DNA of 57,631 bases, the filler included, from Squatina squatina (Eukaryota), in NCBI GenBank assembly GCA_031763465.1. It is 4 parts of 3 records of this genome, joined end to end, with 100 filler letters (N's around TTAATTAATTAA, not from the genome) between each part and the next. Parts side by side here need not be neighbours in the genome. Positions count along the whole stretch, not along the records: positions 44,658 to 57,631 come from JARFOE010000005.1; 3 more parts are not named here. One strand, given 5' to 3'. The stretch's first letter is position 1; the number at the start of each line of letters is the position of its first letter. The position numbers were made by a program, and so were the translations under genes. Shown piece after piece: positions 48,772-57,631 of the stretch. Below the pieces are notes generated by a model. That model made no database searches, was not told the DNA's origin, and saw only the letters and a list, made by a program, of their open reading frames with translations.

Positions 48772-49175
48772 GGGAGAGAAATTTGGGGCATTTCCGCCTC
48801 CCCGTTAGTGATCACAGCGGGGGCGATAACGGTGCACAAATGACATTTCACCTGGCATCATCACCGTGTGCAGTGACCCATTTTTGCCCCAGAGCGAAAA
48901 TTTGGTAGTGCCCCCTGAGGTTGCACCAGGCGATGCCAGTGTGTGCATCCCGGGCTGTAGTCCGCTCATGGGGCAAATTTAAAGGGGAGGTGGGGAATTC
49001 AAAAAAAAAGTTCGACTTACTTCATGGCTTTATTCATGTTGGATCACGGGGTCTGTGCCGCGATCTTGCAGCCCGACACTCCGCTTGTGTGCCGGGCTGC
49101 TGCCACAGCATCCCACTCCCTGGTGGTCCAGGTAGGGATCCGTTTCTCCCCCACATAGTCAGCAGCTTGGTCCTC
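48772..49175 (+). mobile_element. Harbinger-like non-autonomous DNA element, left portion
   Basis: Starts gggagagaaatttggggcatttccgcctcccgttag, resembling the reverse complement of 40350-40386; GC-rich interior. Confidence 0.5.
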
Positions 49176-49420
49176 NNNNNNNNNNNNNNNNNNNNNNNNN
49201 NNNNNNNNNNNNNNNNNNNNNNNNNNNNNNNNNNNNNNNNNNNNNNNNNNNNNNNNNNNNNNNNNNNNNNNNNNNAGGTTCCCTGAAGTCCCAGTCCATT
49301 CACATTAATAGGGAAACTCCTCAGGTTTAACTATTAGAATCTGGGTTCTCTCAGCAGCCACATCAGTAACAAGTTGCTGTGCGTGACAGGGATTTGTTAA
49401 GGCACTCCCTATCGCCACTG

Positions 49421-49426
49421 TTTATT
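49421..49426 (-). promoter_or_regulatory. Candidate FLI1 polyadenylation signal AATAAA
   Basis: tttatt about 1.4 kb past the FLI1 stop, at the end of AU-rich UTR-like sequence. Confidence 0.5.
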
Positions 49427-50829
49427 GAACATTTTGCATAGTGTAAGAAACTGTCATATACGTCATTCCTTCAATAGTATACAGTTCTCTTTCACATAAA
49501 AATACATGTATGTAATAACAGAACCATCTGTCTGAGGAAATAGTTAACGGCAGTTGGTTTTAAGTCAGAAGTAGCCCTTGTATAAGTGTTTTGGTTTAAT
49601 ACTTAATATGCTGCAAAGGATTACTTGCAAAGATACATAATTATCAAGAACTAATTGCATATATAGTAGGCGATGTCCCATTTTAATGGGAAAATCGTGT
49701 CGGTGATTATTTAAAAATGCTACATTAAAAAAAAGTCCAAAAGCACTAAGAATTAGGGAATAAATTGCTTCCAGCTATTTGCAAGTTATAGAAAATAGCT
49801 GCATCAGTGCTTCTGTCATTAGTAACACTTTACAATAATAAAGTTTTCCCAACAATTACTATCCTACGCGTCCCTTTACTCAGTAAAACGGCAAATGTAC
49901 AGATAAAAAGATCTATAGGCTACAAAATGACTATATTTCGTCAAAATGGACTTGACAGTAAAACTGCATCTGTGACCGAGGTCAACTCGTGTAATACTGT
50001 AACTTAAAGGAATCATCATTTTCTGCATAATTTATACAGTAACTTGCTTTATACGAGGATGCGTGGTTGATCCAACATTGAATTCTTACAAACGCACAGC
50101 GTTCGCGTATCCTGTGTAATCTAATTAGCTTTAGTATTCCGAAGGACAAAACACGCCCTTTGTAGCAATATTTTTCACTTGTTAGCATAGCCCTTCAGGT
50201 CAGAAGTCCCAACAGGTATGTCCCTTCGTTTCAGTTCATTCCACTGAGGAGGAGTCTCGTTTTAAAAGAGGTCCTTTCTGGAAGAAAGCATCATCAGTGA
50301 AATAAAGAGCTGGGGGGGAACATTCAGTTCCGGTAGTCCTGCAACTGGTCAAATGCCTGCGGCCGGTCACCCGTCTGGGAATACGTTGGCAGATCCACAT
50401 AGCTGTGGCTACATTGTAGGACTGGTTAGTAATCCAGTGTTGCTAACTGATCGAAGGAACAACATCTGTGACTGGCCAATGTCAATAACTGGCTACAAGC
50501 CCTTAATTGGTGCAAATGTCCAAGGTTTGTTCTTGCTTCATGGAAGATCTTTTAATATTGACCAGAACGGTTATAAACCCATGGACGTTCAAAAGATTCA
50601 CAACTGGTCAATGTTCACTTTCAGACAACAGATTAACAGTTGGAGACTTTTAGAGTTGGCAACAAGCCCATCACTCAACGATTCAGGAATGGACAGAAAT
50701 CCAGTTTGATAACAGGCCTAGNNNNNNNNNNNNNNNNNNNNGGCCAGATGAAGTTCCAGGGTCCCTAGAGTTCCGAGATTAGGTATGGATCCACCGAGGT
50801 TGGCAAGCACGAAGGAACAGAGGTTAATG

Positions 50830-51387
<558 letters not shown>

Positions 51388-52089
51388 TTATTTACAGGTC
51401 AGCATTGTTATGCAAAAAGCTAACTAACACTCCACGTCCTACAAACCTATGGAGATCTAATTCTATTATGCACCGAGGAATCAAAACTCGCCCGATGACT
51501 CAGTCAGTACCTACACTGCTCAGGGTTGAACCGAGCCTTACAGACTCACTGCCATCCTTCTGCAGCTAACACACAAAGAATGCTGGGGGACGCAGGCCTG
51601 AGGAAGCAACTGATTGGTGAGTTAGCCCAGGTTTGTATTTGTGTCAGTAATTTAAGTTAAGCGTTCAGTTTAAAAGATTAAGATTTTTTATGTTGGAATG
51701 GGATTTGATTTAATNNNNNNNNNNNNNNNNNNNNNNNNNNNNNNNNNNNNNNNNNNNNNNNNNNNNNNNNNNNNNNNNNNNNNNNNNNNNNNNNNNNNNN
51801 NNNNNNNNNNNNNNCTGGGGATTTATCTGCCTTTAATCCATTCAATTTACCTAACACTACTTCCCGACTAACATGGATTTCCCTCAGTTCCCTCAGTTTA
51901 TGTTAGTTTGCCTTTGAACATTATACTACAGCTGCCTTTGTATTGTTTAATAACATAAATATTAAACAAATATTTAGACATATTGTTTGGCAGTCCATGT
52001 AAGACGGAATGTGTGCAATGTAACTAGATCTTATGTAAATAAATAACTAAATCATTTCGGTGAGATTTAACAGCACAGCATATATATAA

Positions 52090-52490
52090 CACACATTTAT
52101 ATAGCACCTTTTAATGTAGTTACACATCCCAGGGCACTTTACAGGAGTGTTAACAAACAAAATCTGAGACCGAGCCACATAAGGAGAAATTAGTAAGATG
52201 ACCAAAAGCTTGGTCAAAGTGGTAGATTTTAAGGAGTTTCTTAAAGGAGGAGAGAGAGGGGTCGAGAGGCGGAGAGGATTAAGGAAGGAATTCCAGAGCT
52301 TAGGGCCCAGGCAGCTGAGGGCTTAGCCACCAATGGTGGAGCGATTAAAATCAGGAATGCTGAAGAGGCTAGAATTGGGGGGAGCACAGATATCACGGGG
52401 GACTGTGGAGCTGGAGGAGATTACAGAGACAGGGAGGGGTGAGGCCATGGAGGGATTTGTAAACAAGGATTAGAATTTTGAAAATTCATC
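52090..52490 (-). mobile_element. L2 LINE 3' portion (in a FLI1 intron)
   Basis: Overlaps in sequence with 35185-35260 and 36760-36960; tail catttatatagcaccttt. Confidence 0.8.
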
Positions 52491-53146
52491 CCATTAGATG
52501 GGTGGGTTAGGTTGCGACCAGTCTAAGTTAATAAAAAATCCCCTGGCTGGGTATGAGGTCATTATTCTCTTCATTAAAATTAAAAACATACATTTCATCT
52601 TTTGACCAAGATGTTGTACTGATCATATCTAATTTAAAAATAAGTAAAGCTGCAAGATATGTCCACTTAAAAGAATAGGACGAGCTCACGGTCTAAATAC
52701 GCTTCTGCTTAATTGGCACGGAATTTCCTCAAACTACTCCCACTCTGCCACAGTAACTCTGTGTGGTGTCAGGTGCATGCATAGGGAGGCTACAATAGAC
52801 ATAATCATTAATGGGGTACGGAGGGTAAATCAGCCAGAGTTCCTAGTCCTGACTGCTATCCAGTCTAGCTCTTGGAGAAGGCACTGGGGAGAATCAGATT
52901 CAGGTGTTATATGCCCGCCTATCACTGCCGCTGTTTAAGCCACTTGAGCAGGGTACCAGAGGGAAGTCAGTGCCTTTGTAACTGCACCCAGTGAGAGTCA
53001 GGACCTTTAGGAGATGTAGGAAGGAAGGGAAGGAGACTAAATGAATATTCCATGTTCACCTGCATCTCGTCTCTATACGTTTCCATCACTATATCTATAG
53101 AACTATCTGTAAATCCATCGCGCTCTCTGTTACTCTTCACTATTAC

Positions 53147-53206
53147 CTGGTTGGGGCCGTGGCTGTTCTGTACTCTTATTCACACTCTGCGTTGCTCCAG
53201 GAGAAG
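53147..53206 (-). CDS. FLI1: FLI1 60-bp exon (exon 7 equivalent)
   Basis: attttttcag|CT TCT CCT...CAA CCA G|gtaat; SPGATQSVNKSTEQPRPQP. Confidence 0.88.
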
Positions 53207-54155
53207 CTGAAAAAATAGATTCATATACTTTACACCACTGTAAAGACAGGCTTGGTGTCATGGTTTTATGATAACTGGATCGTTGATGGTCCATCACATC
53301 TCTGGAGGACTGCACCAACCCACAGAAGTATTTCTTTGCTCAGAGGGTGATCAACATTTCCCATGGGTTGCCAGGAAGGCCAGGAGACTGAATTCATTTG
53401 AAAAACAGCTTGATGCTATAAAAGGAAGGTGGTAGTGTTGGCCTTCTGGAAGAGTGGATGTGCTGAAGGATCTTTATCATCGAATCAACCTGAATAGCAT
53501 TTGTTCCAATCGTGTCTTCAGTGTTCACAACAGAAACTGACCACTTTTACTGNNNNNNNNNNNNNNNNNNNNNNNNNNNNNNNNNNNNNNNNNNNNNNNN
53601 NNNNNNNNNNNNNNNNNNNNNNNNNNNNNNNNNNNNNNNNNNNNNNNNNNNNGGGGAACTTGAAATCTTGGCAGTGAGGATTCACTTCACATTTCAATGT
53701 CAAACTGTCATTACTTGTAGCAGAGAGGGAGATATTGACAGGGTGGCTGGAGCCTCTCAATCCTCCTTTACTCTCTCGTTGCACGCTTTAAAACAGCTGC
53801 TGAGAGACAGCCTGGGAACAGACATTTTGTGTTGAATTTCCCTTTCCAGTGACGTTGTCAAATTCTGCTCCAATGACCTCACGAACAGGGAGTGGAATTT
53901 CACACAGGAGACAGTGGCTTTTGGCAGGCCCCACCTGTGATCTCATGGCAGGAAATTTTCTGTCTTTTGATATTGAAGCAAAAAAATCAGACACCACAGT
54001 AAATGAACAGATCTCCATCTCTCTATGAATTTATAGAACCAGACATTATGATTGGCAACATCAGCAGGCCAATGCTTAACTTGTTATTATATCTGGCTCT
54101 CTCAAAACAAACACATAACATGGTCCAAATATTGAAACAACATGAATAACAGATG

Positions 54156-54220
54156 CATAGATAGATAGATAGACAGATAGATAGATAGATAGGTAGAGAG
54201 ATAGATGACAGACAGACAGA
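54156..54220. repeat. (GATA)n/(GACA)n microsatellite
   Basis: Read directly. Confidence 0.9.
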
Positions 54221-54469
54221 CATTGTGGTAAAAAGAGACTGGAAGGCTGGGTGGTGCAGTGGGTTGGCCATTACCCTCTCACTTCTATAACCCGGGTTTA
54301 AATTCAGCCCGGACAGATAGGATAATTCTTCTTTTTCTGTTGAGATATTTTGAGCCCACACTACACAACTTGCTGCAAGGAGAGACCAGCTTAATGCTCA
54401 GACTGGGGAAGAAAGCTGGAAGAGAGCCAATCCAGCTCTAGCACCCGATTAGTGACAAATTATAGGGAG

Positions 54470-54618
54470 AATTTGAATTTATATAGCGCCATCCACAACC
54501 TCAAGACGTCCCAAAGCGCTTTATGTCCAATGAAGTATTTTTGAAGTGCAGTCACTGTTGTAATGTAGGCAACATGGCAGCTAATTTGTGCACAGCAAGG
54601 CCCCAAAACAGCAGCGTG
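54470..54618 (-). mobile_element. Deu-domain SINE 3' portion
   Basis: Reverse complement of the tail at 11860-11975. Confidence 0.8.
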
Positions 54619-54719
54619 GNNNNNNNNNNNNNNNNNNNNNNNNNNNNNNNNNNNNNNNNNNNNNNNNNNNNNNNNNNNNNNNNNNNNNNNNNNNNNNNNN
54701 NNNNNNNNNNNNNNNNNNN

Positions 54720-55110
54720 AGAGCACTTCAGCTAGTCCCACTCCCCCGCCCTTTCCCTGTAGCCCTGCAAATTCTTTTCCTTCAGGTACTGGTCCAATTC
54801 CCTTTTGAAAGCCACGATTGAATCTGTCTCCACCACCCTTTCAGGCAGTGCATTCCAGATCCCAACCACTCACTGCATAAGAAAGTTTTTCCTCATGTCG
54901 CCTTTGGTTCTTCTGCCACTCACCTTAAATCTGTGTCCTCTGGTTCTCGGCCCTTCCACCACTGGGAACAGTTTCTCTCTATCGACCCTGTCTAGACCCC
55001 TCATGATTTTGAGTAGCTCCATCAAATCTTCTGCCCAACCTTATCTGCACTAAGGTGAACAACCCCAGCTTCTCCATGTAACTGAACTCCCTCATTCCTG
55101 GAAGCATTGT
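54720..55110 (-). mobile_element. CR1-type LINE 3' portion
   Basis: Matches 8935-9100 and continues into the ORF2 end (ttaaatctgtgtcctctggttctc...tctagacccctcatgatttt). Confidence 0.85.
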
Positions 55111-55544
55111 TGTAATTCTTTTTTACTTAACTGTTGGACCTGGCAGGTCCTGACTCTATTTAGCTGCCGGGTTTCCCGAGCCCTGGAGAACCCAGCCCAC
55201 AGCCATTAAATTCAAATGGATCCCAAACTCTGAGGAATGACAAAACCTCGTTATGGATAATAAATTAGCTGAAAGAAGAGAAATAGTGGGTGCTTGTTAG
55301 ACGCATGATGCAGAGAGGGGGAAGATGTTGGAGATGTGGCTGTGCATTAAATAGACTGTGCACTGAAAGTCCCTTTAACTGAGGATATGTTTATATTGAG
55401 CAACCTATGAACAGTGATAAAAATATCAGATACCTTTAACACATTGGGACTGTATTGACCTTAACAAAAGCAAAAGTGCAATTCAGCTATATTTCAAACT
55501 CTCCTATTAAAAAGAGTCATTTAAAGGAAGCAAATTGAACCCAC

Positions 55545-55613
55545 CTTCTTTGGCTGGGAGACGTGTTGACTGGTCAGTATGAGATGACGTGGAATAGCTT
55601 AGTGGAGAGCTAC
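55545..55613 (-). CDS. FLI1: FLI1 69-bp exon (exon 5 equivalent)
   Basis: tcttctgtag|GT AGC TCT...AAA GAA G|gtggg; SSPLSYSTSSHTDQSTRLPAKE, compare human [22 protein letters not shown]. Confidence 0.88.
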
Positions 55614-56147
55614 CTACAGAAGATATAGCAACCAGTTAATTAAAGACCTGCAACGAATATCCAACAGTATGCAAGTTCACTACAGTACTGCTCTGTAAAA
55701 CTCCCCAAATTGGCAGGACCACACTGGGTGCATGCCAGTAACATCCCCATAAACCCTTCACAGCATTTGCAAATCATGTACACCTCATAGCTGATACACT
55801 GTAACTCTGAATGATGAGATGTGGAATATGAGGCAGCAACACAGGCAATTGCAAGCAGAAGTCAAAAAAGTCTCAGTGCTTCAACAGATGACAAAATAAA
55901 ATCGCAAAAATATTAACTGGCTTTCTTTAACGCTACAAAAATACTTGTTAAACTTATTATACCATCTTATAAGTGTCAGAGTCAGATATGCTTTGGCCAG
56001 CAATGTGGTATGATAAATATCACCCAGGAAGCTGATTATAACCCACTTATAGCTTAGTGCTTTACTTAGACCGCTCTATTTTATTATTTAAAACAATTGG
56101 GACACAAGATGGAAATAAACAAGCTGCTTTTACAGAAAATTCTTCAC

Positions 56148-56307
56148 ATCCCACCACAGCATCTGGGTAATTTAAATTCAGTTAATTAAATAAATCTAGA
56201 ATAAAAAGCTTGTATCTGCAAAGATGATCATGAAACTACCGGATTGTCGTAAAAACCCATCTGTATCACTAATGTCCTTTAGGGAAGGAAATCTGTCATC
56301 CTTACCC
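56148..56307 (+). mobile_element. SINE fragment (family of 15793-16030)
   Basis: Direct match to the reverse complement of 15820-15980. Confidence 0.75.
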
Positions 56308-56841
56308 NNNNNNNNNNNNNNNNNNNNNNNNNNNNNNNNNNNNNNNNNNNNNNNNNNNNNNNNNNNNNNNNNNNNNNNNNNNNNNNNNNNNNNNNNNNNN
56401 NNNNNNNCTCCCTTCCCACGACCATGACTTAGCCCCAAAGAACCGACTCAAGTTTGCTCAATCTCTCCTGGTGGAACCGGGAGATGGGAGGTTTTTCAAC
56501 AGTCACGAGCTTCACAAAGCCTCTAAACACGCATACTGCACGAAAATAATCAAGACATCTCCCTTGCAGGCTGCAAATAGTTCAAAACATCAGCACCACA
56601 CAGGGCGTGTCGCTGAAGTGTTTCCTTCTGCTTAATTAGTTACATACAATTATATTGGAAAGTAGTGGCAGCAAAGGGCTGGGGATATTATACACTCTTA
56701 CTGTCACCCATGAATTCCAGGACAGGTTCGTGTCTTTAGTTAAATCTTTGTAATAATACACCGGTCGAAGCCCAATAATCGCAGCACTGACTCACTGACA
56801 CATCCACTCAGACTAATGGGGAGAAGTGAAATGGCACTTAC

Positions 56842-56997
56842 TTTCCCTGAGGTAGTTGAGATGTGAGAGCAGGACCTCGGCATTGTAGAGGGAGGTCAGA
56901 CGGAGAAAGTCCTCCTTGTTCATTTTACACAACTCTTTGCCGTCCGTGTTGTGAAAGAGGGACGTGTCGATCTCCAGAAGCCCGTACTCCTTTATGG
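56842..56997 (-). CDS. FLI1: FLI1 PNT-domain exon (exon 4), 3' part
   Basis: [52 protein letters not shown]|gtaagt. Confidence 0.93.
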
Positions 56998-57142
56998 NNN
57001 NNNNNNNNNNNNNNNNNNNNNNNNNNNNNNNNNNNNNNNNNNNNNNNNNNNNNNNNNNNNNNNNNNNNNNNNNNNNNNNNNNNNNNNNNNNNNNNNNCCT
57101 GACTGCTGGGCTACAATTCTTCGTTGAGTAGGTGGCAGAGCT

Positions 57143-57183
57143 CAGCCACTGCCTGACGTGCTCCTGGCTCCAAAGAGTCGGAT
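57143..57183 (-). CDS. FLI1: FLI1 PNT-domain exon (exon 4), 5' part
   Basis: gtgttttgcag|AT CCG ACT CTT TGG; PTLWSQEHVRQWL. Confidence 0.88.
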
Positions 57184-57596
57184 CTGCAAAACACCAGTCA
57201 TTCAAATAACTCATCCAGAATCCTGCACAAACCGCACCGACTCCACAACATTAACTCCGCAATCCACACCTTGTTCTAGTTAAAGGGACAGTGCCACTCC
57301 TCTGCGCAATAAATACCGGGGCTTAGCTCCCACCCAGCCGACTGAGCGACCGAATGACACAATCCAGATGTATGCAACCCACTCGGCTAATTTCTGGTAA
57401 TAGCAATTCAGTGCATAATTGGATCAAATTCAGTCAACTTTAGCGATGTGGTCGAGCCTTATTTCACCTTAGCGCAGTCATATCGGAGAGAGGGGCACCT
57501 CGGAGTCTGTGAGCGTGTGTGGAGAGGGACTTCCATTCATGTGAAGGTCTCCAAGGCCCCAAGCTGGACCGAGAGACGACGACGCGACCTCTCGCA

Positions 57597-57631
57597 CCCC
57601 GACCCTGACCCCGACCCTGACCCTGACCCTG
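57597..57631. repeat. (CCCTGA/CCCCGA)n hexamer repeat running off the window end
   Basis: ccccga ccctga ccccga ccctga ccctga ccctg. Confidence 0.85.

Noticed and set aside
53207-55544. Loss of FLI1 exon 6 (and of exon 8 further downstream)
   Set aside because: Both intervals contain 100-N gaps, so the absence is uninformative

Overview
This is vertebrate genomic DNA, almost certainly from a cartilaginous fish (shark-type repeats: tRNA/Deu-domain SINEs, CR1/HER1-like, L2 and RTE LINEs, Harbinger-like DNA elements). It is not one contiguous locus. It is a patchwork of short contigs joined mostly by exactly 100 N, and three artificial N44-TTAATTAATTAA-N44 linkers divide it into four blocks. Block 1 (1-13149) holds an unidentified terminal exon, the last two coding exons of GUK1 and two OBSCN exons (FN3 and second kinase domain). 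Block 2 (13250-29032) is mostly non-coding or repeat, with a few orphan candidate exons and a PIF/Harbinger remnant. Block 3 (29133-44557) holds exons of REPS1, HECA, CITED2, NMBR and GJE1 in the order and orientation I recall for human 6q24. Block 4 (44658-57631) holds four FLI1 exons and its 3' UTR. Gene calls come from my recall of vertebrate protein sequences plus visible splice sites; no database search was run. I see no well-supported novel multi-gene system. The best leads are a Q18 tract in CITED2, canonical kinase motifs in obscurin kinase 2, a GJE1/Cx23 exon, an interrupted FLI1 exon 4, a possibly 5'-inverted SINE, several MITE-like structures and unassigned candidate exons.
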